A DNA stretch of 64,000 bases, taken from NCBI GenBank assembly GCA_951406725.2, contig OX597821.1:53692001-53756000 (forward strand), written 5' to 3'. The stretch comes from Octopus vulgaris. Its lineage: Eukaryota. A model generated the notes under the pieces. The model worked only from the letters and a program-made list of their open reading frames with translations, had not been told where the DNA came from and searched no databases. Positions 27,385-42,250 of this stretch are shown here, piece by piece. How positions within the stretch are numbered: position 1 is the stretch's first letter; every line of letters begins with the position of its first letter. Position numbers and translations under genes: made by a program.

Positions 27385-29990
27385 AGGCACTACTCTTACA
27401 CTGTAATCACTCGCGTTTGTAGCCAATTTAATATCCAGCTTCGTATCAAAATGCGTTAACGATAAATCCGATACTAAAATGCTTTTCAGTTTGTCAAATG
27501 CCTCCTGGCACTTAACGGTCCAGCACCATTTTCCATCTTAACAAATCATTTAGTGGGGCCCTTACATTTTATATATATGAAATATACATTTGGTAGTACT
27601 TTACTAATTCCAAAATTGCTTGTAACAGTCACATTTTTCCTTGTGGGCATATTTTCCATCGAAGTTTCTCTGGAAGGATCCGGTTTCATCTGTTCTTATG
27701 TATTATCTGACTCAAGTATTTAATCTTTTTCAGAATGAATTTACATTTTTTTCACTTAGCTTAAAGCCGTATACTCTTATGTTTTCGAATACCCTTTTTA
27801 CGTGTTCTATATATTGTTCGTGTGATTCACATTTTGTTACGTTATCGCCTAGATAGGCGATAGCAAAATCACAGTCTGCCAGCATTGTATCCATTACTTG
27901 TTGAAATATGGAAGGAGTCACTTTTACAACGAAGGGAAACTGCTTAAATTTGAATAATCCACGGTGTGTATTAATGGCTAATAAGTGAGACCATGCTTTT
28001 TCTACTTGGATTTGTATTATGCCTGCCAGAAGTCTAATTTTGAGAAGAATTTCCCTCCATTCATCATTGCGAATACTTCCTCAGGACTCGGCAATAGGTA
28101 CTTATGTGAGCTGAAGCAATTGTTTAAACCCGTTGAAAAATCTGCACAAACTCGTAACTATAATTCTTTTTACGTACATCATAGATACTGCCAATTCTGA
28201 GTGGTCCGTGTTCTCGATTACTCCTAGGCTTTCTAGTCTTTCAAGTTCCTTATTCACCTCTTCTAGCAGCGCGAACGGTACATTACGTTTTGGTTTAAAT
28301 ACAAGTGTTCCACTTTGTTTTACTACCATTTTTCCCTTCGTATTCGTGCAGCAGCCCAGTTCATCCAAGAAAACATCTGGGTATAAGTGTTTCATTTTTC
28401 GTTTCACTTCCTCATTTGCATTCGAACCTTCCACTAAACTGACTATATTCTCACACAAAACACTTATGGGTGTGTTCCACAACTGGAACAGTTCCACCCA
28501 CTATGTGCCGAACAAATTTATTGAGTTTCTTAACACATTTAATTTTACCATTTTCCTTTTGTCAGGAAATGTCACATCACACACAAATTCACCTACAAAA
28601 TATAATATTTTACTTGTAACACCGTACGCTACTTATGTAGATTTATTTAATTTTGGCTTACCGATATACTTCCAAGTTTCTTCATTCACAGTGGTAATAT
28701 CACTCCCAGTATCTAACAGCATTTTTACTCTTATATTTACAATTTTTACATTTACGAATATGCTCTTTGTCACATTACCATTTCTTTCGATAACATCTTA
28801 TTTACTTTTTTTTTCTTTGTTCCAGCGTTTTGTCATGTTCGTGTAACAGTGCGCTTTTGTGTCTAATTTTTTCCATACCGGAAGCATTCCACTTTCTTAA
28901 ATAGGCAATTTTTTCTCAGGTGTCGACCTCCACATGCAAAACATAGGCGTGTTTCCTGACTTTGCCCTGTATGCATTGTATTTTAGTTCACACTTGATTC
29001 CTATTATGCCTATTTCGCCCTTGTTTCACTTGGTAGAAATCATTATGTTCAATTTTCTCTGTGCTGTATCTTAAGATTTACTATGCTTTCCCACGCTTCT
29101 GACACTTGTTGTGAGGTTACATTTCGGTTTTGTTCCAGCTGAGCGAAAATTCTTATTCTTACTTCTGCGTCTTTTTCTGCAGCTAGTCCCTGGGTAAATA
29201 TCAAGCACTTGAACATGTGTGGTGTTCCTTCGTCCAGTTTGAACTTTTCACATTCTCTGTTAACTCAACTTGCATATGTGATGTAGTCCTCCTCGTTGTT
29301 CTTTTCTAGGTTCATACATTTCCAGCGTGAATTCAACAACGAGGTTTTCTCGCTAAAATCTTTACACAATATGCCTATTGTACCTTTAAAGTTTATGTCA
29401 GAAGGTTTTTTAGGAGTACGGAATTGTTTAACGCTCATGTTCTGCTGCCAGTTTTTCTCAGGATTAGACGCGTTTTCATATCGACGTCCTAATCTTTGCA
29501 CTCTTTACTAAAGATCTGTTTGTATCTTCTCTAGTACACCTCGAAGGTAACTCATTCGTTTGGTTCATACTTATATTCCGTTATTGAGTTTGCAACCTAA
29601 TCTGGACAGAACATCTTTTCAGCATTTTTTGACGACTTACTACTCATTAATTGCAGGATTTATTGCTGTAATAATAATTGTTGTTGTTCTTTCAGTTGTT
29701 GTTGTTGGTTTTGCAACTGGAGCAAAGCGGCCAGTCATTCTTCTATAATTGTACGATTTTGTATACCGTAAAATTTGCACAAAAGACTTTTGTGAGTTTT
29801 GTAACTCCTTGTGAGTTTGTTTACTCCTCGTGAGTTTGTTAATTCTTCATTTGTTAATTCATCGTAGCCACTGCTGTAATCCGGTATAGAGGTATAGTTA
29901 GTTAGACAAGTGAAGACAAGACTATATATAACCGACTTCTCGACTTTTCACGTCACAGTATTTGTAACGACTCGCACATACTACGTGGGG
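27385..29990 (-). mobile_element. Ty3/Gypsy LTR retrotransposon, 3'-truncated and pseudogenised (gag-PR-RT-partial RNase H)
   Basis: PBS-like ...CAGTGGCTACGATG at ~29860-29873. Gag knuckle CFACGGRHLRKNC (~28905-28945), protease LLDTGSDIT (~28693-28720), RT FKPKRNVPFALLEEVNKELERLE, HRGLFKF...PSIFQQVMDTML...AYL, RNase H start ATNASDY (~27405-27425). Many stops and frameshifts; no integrase or 3' LTR seen. Confidence 0.92.
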
Positions 29991-30845
29991 GTGTGTGCCA
30001 TTGTTATTATTATCCTCATAACACATACATATATATGGATGTGTTTCCATGTGTCTGCGTTTGTCTTCCTACCACTGCTTGACATCGGTGTTGGTTTGTT
30101 TACATTCCTATAACTTAGCAGGTTGGAATAACATAACGATGGAATAAGTACCAGGTTTTAAAACATGAATAAATAATGAGGGAAATTCAGAGAGGATTGT
30201 CAACATGAACGCAGTCTAAGACAAAAGATAAAGTCGGTTTTACGCTATGAGTGAAATGAAACCAAAACGTCAAGGTAAGTCCTTTGTAGGGATGGAATTC
30301 AATGTGAAAAGAATGTGTGGATACAGACATAGTAACTAACACTTATAAGGTACATAAATAGAAACCATAGTGTAATTTGCCGACAAGTGCAAAGCTAACA
30401 ACAATACAAGTATAACAGATATTAGTAAGAGTGATGATGATGAAGAGGATGAGGATGACGACGATGACAATGAGGATGAAAACAACGACGATGAGGATGA
30501 CGATGCTGACAATAATGATGAAGAGGATGAGAATGATGACGAAGGTGACGATGATAACGTTGATGATAATGATAACGAAACTGATGACATTGATGCCGAC
30601 GATGATGACGTGTATACAACACTTCAATATTTATGTTATAATATACGAAGCATATTTCAAATCATTTAGCCAGCTATAATTACATTGCATCTTAATTAAT
30701 ACTGGTTGCATCATCTAATTACTTCACGTCTTTCTTTGATTATTAATAGGTTTCAAATCCTTTCATTTTCTTCGCATATTTCACTTTATCAAACTTGAAC
30801 GTGCGATCTAATGTTAATAATTAATGAGTTGACAAATATATAAAA

Positions 30846-31008
30846 CTAGCAGTGGCACGCAGTGTTGCCCGGGAATGAAATTGTTTCTTATATATTGGAA
30901 GAAAAAAAGCAAAGTTTGTGTTATAGAAATTTGTAAATTTAATTTATTCTTCAATTGGGATACTATTTATTCTTTAATTAGGAAATCAATTCGGAATTCA
31001 TAATACGA

Positions 31009-31083
<75 letters not shown>

Positions 31084-32561
31084 CGAAAATACAAAATTTA
31101 CCATTTTTATGATAAATTCTACGACATATGTTGAGGGAAATTACGTAAGAGCTTTTGGGTAAACAATATTCTTTGTTTTGTGGCTTGGAGCATAGACAAG
31201 TCAGACCTTGAACTTTATTAATAGACATTTCAAAGCAAGATCGCACAGGGAGTTGTGTTCAGTTTGAACTTAAATGTTATGTTTGTTAGTTTGATTAGAA
31301 TTCTTGGAATGAAAACCTCTTTCCCAGTGGCACACCCGGTGATGATGGTAGATTCTGTCACATTAGGTGATAATGTCTTCACAATCAACCTTATCCCAGT
31401 GCATAATTTAGGAGGATCTAAATTTCTTATAAATATTATTAGGACTCCTACCTTTAGAAAAGTTTATGTGGGGGAGTTCTAAGTGGCTCAAGAGAATTAA
31501 GGAACTCTGTTGGGTAATAGTCAGTTTGATTTTCATGATGGACTGGATCAACTGATTTGTACTCCTTAATGACTATTGGAATCTAAATTGTTAGTTTATG
31601 GTCAATCCTTGCTGCTCTCTCATTTTAGAGCAAGAATTACCCTTTCACACAACCATTTATGTGAACTATAATTATTACTTTCAATCTGGAAATGCCCTAT
31701 TCTTCAACTCAGCTGGGGATTCACCATAATAGCAAAATGAGTCAAACTGACATCCCTATTCCGATCAAGTGGTACTTTCCCATTTCCTATTAGGGGGAGC
31801 CAAGTTGAAAACTGTTCTGCACATTGATCCCCATGTAATGAAACTGGCACGTTAGTATTGAATGAGAATTTCAGTACTATATTCCATATGTGTGAAGACT
31901 TAATGCATGCTTTTATTTCATCAGATCTTATTCATCTGAGAATGACCAGTAATGTCTGTCTGAAGACTCCTGATAAAACTAATGTAACTCCTTCCATAGA
32001 TTTATTGTTGCCTCTTATATTCTGTGAGGTTTTACCAAGAAATTCCTTTGCACCTCTATGTGACATGGTGTATTCATCCCAAATGATAAGGTGGCATTGG
32101 CACAACATTTCTGCTGAGCCTGAGTCTTTGCTTATGTTACAAATTGGACTGTCATTTGTGACCAGGTTTAGCCGTAATTTAAGATGGTGGCAGCAAAGCC
32201 AGACAATGCTAGAGCAACTGCAATTTTTTTGTGTTGCCTTACGTTGGAGAGAAGCAATGATGTTATAAATGTTTTACTTGTGCCCCCAGATGCATCAAGA
32301 AAGAAAATTCCTCCGCTTTTTTTTAGCGATTGTGGAACGTCGCACGCACGCATACGCACACACACATACATACAGTATCAAACATGAGATGAAATGGCCG
32401 TGTGTGTGAGAGAGAGAGAGAAAGAGAGAGAGCGAGTGAAGGCATGTGATGTCATGTATACGTACATAAATAAATAAGCATATATCTTTGTGTATGTATG
32501 TGTGCGTGTGTGTATATGCGTGTGAGAGAGCGCGACACTTAGACATCACTCTGTCTCTCTG

Positions 32562-32596
<35 letters not shown>

Positions 32597-33245
32597 GACG
32601 CATGGATACTAAAAAGAAGTTTGCATTTATGTATTTATGTAGGTACGCATACATGACAACATACCCCTTCACTCACTCTCCCACAGAAACACACACACAG
32701 ATACATAAATGTATACAATCAGATACAAAACACATGTGAGCGTGTGTGACTGGCTACAAATACACACAGCTGAACACGAGCGCAAAAAGTAAATAAATAA
32801 AAATATTTTTACTAAAATTAAAGAAGTGTGCGTGTTCAAGCGAAAGAATACCCATATACTTTTGGACACCCCATGTTGAATTGCAAAATTTTAATGTGAC
32901 ATTTGTGTAGGAACGAAATGAAACCTGGAGTATGTGCGTGTGTGTGAGAGAGAGAAAGAGGTTAGAAAACAATATAAGAAATAAATGAAATAAACATGAA
33001 ATGAAAAACTCGTAAACATAAAAACACGTTAGAAACTTGTACCAAATATTTAACTTTGTGAAATTAGTAAATATTTCTCCTAGTAATTTATCATAGTTAT
33101 TTTTTTAGAAATAGTGAATTAAAACTTGAAATGAAAACATTAAAATAGAGAGTGAGAAATTTCGCAAATGAAAACTGTTGCAACGTCAATACTGGAAGTT
33201 GACATTGAGAAACGTTTCTAAAGCAATATCATTTATATATATAAA
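30846..33245 (-). mobile_element. Helitron with decayed PIF1-like helicase; Rep domain missing
   Basis: 3' hairpin (cccgggcaacactgcgtgcc) and CTAG at 30846-30875. Helicase motifs DASGGTSKTF (~32272-32300), IIWDEYTMSH, GVTLVLSGVFRQ, RNLDPPKLCTG and CFEMSINKVQG. The 5' end near 33245 is tentative. Confidence 0.88.
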
Positions 33246-34907
33246 GCAATATAATTTATTTATAACAAAGCAAATAATAAACTGATGACCCTGTTATGTC
33301 TCCAAGGTCAAAATATTCATGCATCCCAAGTATGGAAGCAATTCGCCCAGCTGTTTTTGCTTGAAAAGCGAACACACACACACACACACACACATACTGG
33401 TCTATTTTATTATAATAGATAAACAGACACAAATCTAATCTACTCTTGGTATCTTTCTCTCTCCTTATCACGCATACAATAAATATGTAATGATAAATAT
33501 GTAATTAGCATATTTATGTGTATGCATATAGAAATATACATATGTATATGAAAATATACACGTATCTATCTATGTCTTTCTCTCTCTCCCTCTGTCTGTC
33601 AGACTGTCTCACTCTCTTTCTCTCTATCTATTATATATTATACATATACTTATCTATGTATGTGTGTGTGTGTGTCTGCCTGTATGTATCAGTGGAATAG
33701 GCCAATGAACATGATTACTGTTTTGATAATATTAAGCAACTGTTGTCGGTTGAGCAAAAGTCCTCGTTAAAGATAGGTGAGCAAGATATTTTATGGCTAA
33801 CATTTAATCACCTTCTAATTAGCTAAGTGATCTAACGAGTCTTTTGAAGAAACGATATCAAAGGGTGTAGGAAACGTCTACCTGGGGATATAAAATGTGT
33901 TCATATGAAAATTGATTTAGTTATCATATGTAAGTGTGATAACTTGTGTGAAATATTATTTGCTTGACGTTTCATAGCTATGCCTTCTATCATTGGATCT
34001 CACTTTATACAAAACTGATATAATGATATTTTGATTTGGAGAAGAGTGGGAGCAGTGTTTCTCTTTTTTTTCACTGATCAGAACGGAACAGCTAACATAT
34101 AATGAAATAAAAGAGAATTCGAAAATATAATGATAATTAACGATGTAGTTTCAAAGATCTCAATTTTTAAATCTGTGTATCATTAATAAACTTCGATAAA
34201 ATGCGAGTTATCGGAGACCACGTATTCAATGAGCTGGATAATGGGGATGGGGGTGTTTCTGCGCTTTAGCCTTGTGAGACAGCTAAATGTAAAGAACAGT
34301 AGTGAAACGAGTTCAAGAAACCAAGTTTATACCAGCTTTTATGTAGCAATATCACAATGCTGCCTTCCATTTTCATGCACAAGTGTGAAAGTGGTGAGAC
34401 AATATATGGCTATTTCTAGCGAAGGTGCTTGGTGGGTTAAACATGTTGTGTCAAGTAATGATCAGATTTAAGCAGATGTACATGAAAATATTTCGGTTTT
34501 GCATTCTCTAAAAGTTTCCTTCAGCATTCAGGCATTTCTAAATTGTTCATTTAGACAGTTCTATAATTGCTTTATAATGGTATTTTTCTAAACAGCTTCT
34601 TATGTATTAGTAGTACAGGTGCAGTGTATTTACACAATCTTTATGAATATAGATAATAATTATATAGATAAAAGAAAGCATATCATTATAATGTCTGATA
34701 TGTGACTTGTCTATTAAGTGCAATTCATACACACACGCAAACACACACATACTCTCCCTTACTCATACACACACACATATTTTAAAGTTCTTTCAAAATA
34801 TATTCTATAGAATTTGGTGCCAGCACTGAAAGTTGGGACTTATGAATCTAGTAATATACTTGGTAGTGTATCATGGTTGCTAAAACGAAATAAAGTGTCC
34901 ATACCAG

Positions 34908-34985
<78 letters not shown>

Positions 34986-35042
34986 CGGGAAGCTTTATGA
35001 AAATAGACAGAAGACGAAGGCAGGTGGAAAACAAACGAACAT

Positions 35043-35104
<62 letters not shown>

Positions 35105-35499
35105 GATAAGATCCAAGTCTCTAGGTGTAGATAGTTAGTAAGCTTCGAGTAGACTGTAGAAGGTATAATAAACAGGTTTTAGAAACAATAGTGGGTTATT
35201 GACGTAGAAGGTTGTAGATCTTTCCTATATCGGAGTTCGATAAGCTATGTACGTGAATAAAAATCCAAATTTAGTGAATGGAGAGGTAAAATGCAGGCTA
35301 CATATATTTCCTAGCTAGCAGAACCTCGGAAGAAGTAATTGCTCAATGAGGGGTATTCAACTAGCTGCTCATCAGACAAAATATATCTTACTCAAATGAA
35401 TGAGCCCATTCTAACTCGCAGGAGATTTGATCGAAAATAAGCGGAAACACGCATTTGTGTGTGTGCGCGCGCGCGCCTGCCTGCCTGTGTAGGGGTATG

Positions 35500-35730
35500 A
35501 TGTCTCATTGCCTAATAGTGACTGCTGTTGCACTCACGATTCCGGGATCGTGGTTTCAATTACTAGACCGGGTGGTGCGTTATATTCTTGAGCAAAAAAC
35601 TGATCTCACGCTGCTCTGCGATTACTTCCACACTTGACATGTGGCACACGGTGCACCTCTTTAGGCAACGTTGATTTGAGCCAATGTGTGGCACGAACAT
35701 TTGATCACTATAAACGTCTTCGGCGGAGAA
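35500..35730 (+). mobile_element. Decayed tRNA-derived SINE
   Basis: gcactcacgattccgggatcgtggtttcaatt...gaccgggtggtgcgttatattcttgagcaa, related to the 6480 copy. Confidence 0.6.
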
Positions 35731-35807
35731 TCCATCATATATATATGTACACACACACACGCTCACACACATACAAGGACACGCACACATACATAGACAC
35801 ATGCATA

Positions 35808-35902
<95 letters not shown>

Positions 35903-36109
35903 ACTTGTTTCAGTCAGTCATTTGACTGCGGCGATGCTGGATCACAGCCTTTAAGGTTTTAGCTGAACTATCCATGACTTATTTCTTTAGGCTTAATTCT
36001 TATTCTGCCGGTAGCTTTTGCCGAACCGTTAGCCTACGGGGATGTAAACACACGAGCACCGATTGTCAAGCGGTGATGGGGGAACAAACACACACGCACA
36101 CATACACCT

Positions 36110-36800
<691 letters not shown>

Positions 36801-37500
36801 ACAGCGGGTTACTTTGGTTGGCTCGAGGCTATACTAGAAGACATATAGATAGATAGAATGGAGACAACGATGTCATCATCTTTGATCGGGGTCCTAGGTT
36901 CTATTAAAACGGCTATTTGAAGCTACTAGAAACTATGGTCAATCTCTGGCTGGACGGTTGCTGCTGGAAGGTCAAATATGTGGTAGCAGGATGGATTTGA
37001 ATATTTGTCATACCTCCGAGAAGAGTTGGAAATAGCTGTCGGATAATTTCTACGACTCTACCAGCCCAATTCCCGACCTCCTAATTCCTCCCATTTTCAT
37101 TTCATGGATAACTACGCTTTTTCCTTTATCGGTTTCAGCTCAAAGCTGTGGCCATGCTGGGGCATGACCGATTTGTTACACTATGATGTGTAGGGCATAT
37201 TTGAGAAAAAACACCAGCTTCTCTACCTGCAAAACGAATGCGTTAGGTTCCTGAGCCGTCTTGAGGCCATGTTGGAATTCTGAAGGCGGGTACTTTGAGT
37301 GAACTGTTATCTCCCCGTATTAATCTGGTTGATATTTTTGCGTTGTTAAAATACCTCGTTTTGTGCAAACTGTTAAATTTAGTCCGAACACCTTCTATTT
37401 GTGTGTGCGTGCGCGCGCACGGGCATGTGCGTATGAGAGAGAAAGAGTCACAGTGCCACAAATGCGAGTGAGATCGATTTGTATGCATATACACAACTGG

Positions 37501-37580
37501 CCACCATATTTAGACCACCATATTTAGCATATTTAGACCACCATATTTAGACCACCACCTTTAAGACCACCATATTTAGC
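37501..37580 (+). repeat. Minisatellite of 14-bp unit ccaccatatttaga
   Basis: About five to six full, partial or variant copies in tandem. Confidence 0.9.
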
Positions 37581-37939
37581 AGAAAAGCATAAATTTAACA
37601 GAGTAAATTTAACATGTAGTTCATGCTTTAATTGTATTCGTTTGAAGTTTCATTAAGACAAGCATCACCCAATGTATAATTACACAATTGTGATGAATAT
37701 CTAATTAATATTAAGTTATGTCAAACATATATTCTTCCGAGGTAAATATTTTAAGAGAGCAAATGCTGAAAAGATTTTTTTAAAATGAGACCATATATAT
37801 AAAATAAATAATATATAATATAAATATCTTCTACGGAGTACAGTAGCCCTTCTTTAGCTCATATAAATCCAATGAACTTATAATTCCATAATATTCCAAT
37901 GTCTGACTATAATTATGTTTCTTCTAAGAGCCATCATAC

Positions 37940-38729
37940 ACCCACCTCCGTTTCGTTGACGACATCGTAATCATCGCTGAAACCACGGATCAGCTTCAGA
38001 CCATGCTGACGGAGCTTGACATCAAAAGCTCTGCAGTAAGTCTCAAGATGAATCGCAAGAAAACGAAGTTCATGCGGTCAGACAACGTACCAACAGGTCG
38101 AATGGTGATCGGCAGTGATGAAATAGTGGAGGTAAAGGAATATGTCTACCTGGGACAGGAAGTGAATATGTGCCGAGATATTGAAAAGGGGATCTCACGG
38201 AGAGTAAGGGCTGGATGGAAGGCGTTTAATGGCATAAGGGATGTGCTCAAGGGAAGGTTGGACAGGACCACCCGTGTCAACCTCATCAACAGCACAGTTC
38301 TACCTGCAATATTATATGGTAGTGAAACATGGGCTACAACAAAGAGAAAAGAGCAGAGACTGGTAATAGCTCAAAGTGGCATGGAAAGGTCAATGCTTGG
38401 TGTCTCGTTGAGAGAGCACATCAGTAGCGAGGTCACCAGAGAGAAGTCCGACGTGAGGGATGTCATCGCAGAATATACACGCAGCAAGTATAGATGGGCT
38501 GGACACGTCGCCCGGGTCTCCGATAATCGGTGGATCTGCGCAGCTGTCGAGTGGTACTCGCGCGAGCGAAAACGACCACTCGGAAGGCCTCCACGACGGT
38601 GGATTTGCAATTTCAGGCGAACGATTGGGATCGCGTGGATTAGAAAGGTGCGATCCAGAGAGGAGTGGACAGCGTGCTGTGACCTGTGGTGTCAAATTGT
38701 CGCCCGACTGACTGGTCGATCAAGGTGAT
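37940..38729 (+). mobile_element. 5'-truncated RTE-clade LINE (RT C-terminal half and tail)
   Basis: THLRFVDDIVII (YADD-equivalent) in frame with ORF 38003..38728: LKMNRKKTKFM, EYVYLGQ, LYGSETW, KYRWAGHVAR, KRPLGRPPRRW. Followed by (TA)n. Confidence 0.93.
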
Positions 38730-41680
38730 ATATATATATATACTATTCTAAACGCCATATTGTTTGAGGAAGGCAAGAATGTCAAGCGTATTCATTCCAC
38801 ATTGCCAATGAATATTTCCTCCCTCTGAGTGAGTCGTCTAAGAAATCTCTAGAGAATCAGTTACCTTGCAATAAACTGGAATCAAATATTACTTAAATTT
38901 CTCTTTTGAAATAGTGCAAGCTACATCACAATGTCTGAAAAAGACTAGTGAGAGTTTATGACCAGAAATCTCACTAGCTTTCTACGATCTGAGAAGATTA
39001 AGAGTTACACCGATCTATTAACTAAAATCTACTAGAAATTTTACAGTGCTCAATATATTTTAGTAGAAGAGATACAGCTAATACGATGCAGAGAAAACTC
39101 AATTTGGAGGATTCGTTCTGCATATCACCAGAAACAAACTGGAAACGGTTTTGAACTTTATTACAGATAGCTCAGCTATTGCTAAATTCTCTGAATAGTT
39201 GATAGTACATTACAGGTATTATAGTGAATAGGTGTTCACTATCTCCGGACAACCATTCTATCATATCCCTTTAAGGCATGTCAGATTTGCAGAATACTCG
39301 ATTCTGAAGTTAATCACTCCTTCTTCTATTAAGATAATCTTAATTAATCATGTTATTGGTTATTCAATATACCTTTATTTGGCAATGGTGTTTAAATACA
39401 TTCTGCTGGCAATTCATTTTTAGTTAAACTATGCAAATTACCTTGGATATGACTAAGTCTGAGACCCTTGTGTACCGGAGTTAAGTTTGACTAAAGTTGC
39501 GCTGAGAATTTCCAATGAGGAATATCACTTGCTTACGGCTGTCACTACTTAATACCATGTAAAGCTTGGAGGATTTTCATTCTTAAAACAATATAACCTT
39601 CTCATATATAGCTGGTCTTAATTGTCATTTTGTAATTATGACGCATCATCTAGAGCGGAAATATTTTTGTTAAATCGAAATTCTGAGCTTCATGGTATTT
39701 GGATTGCCTCTATTTGTCTATGTAATTCCAATGCATGTCACTTACCACACTGAGTTATACATGTTTAATATAATGAATATAAATATGAAGGAAATTACGT
39801 GTTTCGGTTTTATTTTATATTTTACTAATATTCAAAGAGTTAAGGTAAAACAAATTATGGTTCATCATTGAGAACAAACGACTTATTTGGTTGATTGTAA
39901 TCTTCTTTAATTTTAAATGGGAGCTGGCAATATTAAATCAATGTAGAAATTACCCAACCAGAACATCATCTATCCTGTTAAACAAAGTGGCGATAATTTA
40001 CTGGAATGAAATCAAACAGTAGGAGGCTTTCAAATATTTATACTTCTCTTTTCAGCAATTTTGGTGACGGTGATTATGGCCGCAGTGCCAGTGTTTGACC
40101 CTAAATCAAAATCTGATCAAAGATGTTCCGACTGTGATCACCCCATATAATTCGAAACCTTTAGGACATTATCGAAAGAGTTGTCGCTAAACTTATGACG
40201 ATGATATGGGATTTGATGAAGATTTATTTGCTATTTCCTTCAGACTTGTTGCATATTTAGAAAATGATATATTAATTCAAATGTTCACACTTCTATGCTC
40301 ATTTTTAGAATCCTTCTAATTAATGCTCTATGTATATTCGCTGTAATTCTGAGAACGTATCTATAAAATAATAGATTCTATTGCAGTAACTATATTCACT
40401 GAAAGTTTAAGATTTAAACCTTGTAGTGTTTAATTAGAAACTGTTACGTTAATTAGCGCACCAACTCACATCGTATTGATTATCACGTTTATCTTGAAAT
40501 ATGAAAATGGAACCGAACTGGATTTATCTGGTAAAATGTTCGATAATTCACAGATTAATTCATTTAGCCATATACAGAGGTCTGTGAAGAATGTTATATC
40601 TAAACATATCAATTTGTGTTTCAGAAGATTTCTCACTTTAGAAAGGCTGCGTATATTTTACTTCAAAAATGGAGATTTATTATTTTGACAGATTGTTTTG
40701 ACAGAATATCAGTATAATAATATACAATTAGTTCGATGAAGTGTATATCACTGTGAATATACTGAGCAATTATTGTCATATAATTTCTATATAGGACATA
40801 TTTGACAGAAGTAAAATTAATATAGCCCCGAGAAAGTCCAACATATTAAATTACAGAATTTTTCACAAGTTGTTGCAATTCCTCTACGCAGACTTTATAT
40901 CCAATCAGACACGGTTGGTTGGAACGTAATGTTATTTAAATTCGGTTTTCCTTATGATCGTTGCAATGATACAGTGTGTATTGTAATGTAGTAAACATGT
41001 TCACCTCTACAAGTCAAAAATGCATAATTTGAAAATCTTTCGCGAAATATTTATGCGAATGTACTACTACTAATAATAATAATTCTTTATTTGCTAAGTG
41101 AAGATTTATAACGGAATCAGCTGACAAATGCATTTATGTATAATGTATAACACACACACACATACTCACACACAAGCGCACACACACAAAAGCACACACA
41201 CATATCGCTTAGTGTAGAACTCAATATACAATGCTTCAGAACCAAGCGGTAAGAAAATTAGATGACAAAGGAATAACCGATTATCTGATGAACTTTATTA
41301 GCTTACTGCTGTTACTGCAATAGGAAGCAGTGGACCCATATTTAATCGACTGAGTAACACCTTATATATTATTCGGAACCTCAAATATGAAGTACAAATT
41401 AGTTTGCAAGAGGAATTATATTTATGCATATACATAGAAAAGTATTACAAGTGAGAAAGCAAGTATATGGAAATAGAAATTCAGGAGCTCCTCCTATAAC
41501 TAGATTAAGATCAATAATGATGTGTGTATAAGGATAGGTTTACTCCGATAGAGAGAATAGTAATTAGACCTATCAGTAAAAATATATGTATTCATATATA
41601 TTACTTCCAGGCAGGAAAATAAACCCACAGAGACACTCATATATCAACATATACATTCGTACACACAGGTATGGATGCAA

Positions 41681-41751
<71 letters not shown>

Positions 41752-41819
41752 TATAGATAGATAGATATATAGATAGATAGATGATAGATAGATAGATAGA
41801 TAGATATAGATAGATATAT

Positions 41820-41873
<54 letters not shown>

Positions 41874-41884
41874 GATAGATAAAT

Positions 41885-41944
<60 letters not shown>
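41681..41944. repeat. (GATA)n microsatellite at 3' flank of the Tx1-type LINE
   Basis: Direct inspection. Confidence 0.97.
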
Positions 41945-41945
<1 letters not shown>

Positions 41946-42250
41946 ACTTTCTTTTATTAGCCATACAGGGCTGAATACAGAGGGGACAAATACAAATGTA
42001 GAGCTTTTCTTTTGGAGGGTGTAAAAAAAGGAAAATAAATGTGAGATTTCGATCAAAAGGGATCGAGTGGAGGACAAAAAAAAAAGGAATCGTGTATCAC
42101 AGGAACACTTTTTTTTAAAAACAAACATTGATAAAACAAGATTGGGTTCATCCGTGGGAAGAAAAGCCTACAGAAAAGACCACGGGAACCTCAGTCAGGG
42201 AGGAAATAACCACATGAGAGCAAAATGATGTCTCTCACTTTTTTTACGAC

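Noticed and set aside
28133-28846. 237-aa plus-strand ORF
   Set aside because: Antisense shadow of the Gypsy protease/RT region.
30425-30612. Open D/E/N-rich frame resembling an acidic protein exon
   Set aside because: Degenerate (GAT)n array; no convincing flanking splice sites or linked exons.
37501-37580. CRISPR-like short repeats
   Set aside because: Contiguous tandem units without unique spacers, in a eukaryotic context with no cas genes.
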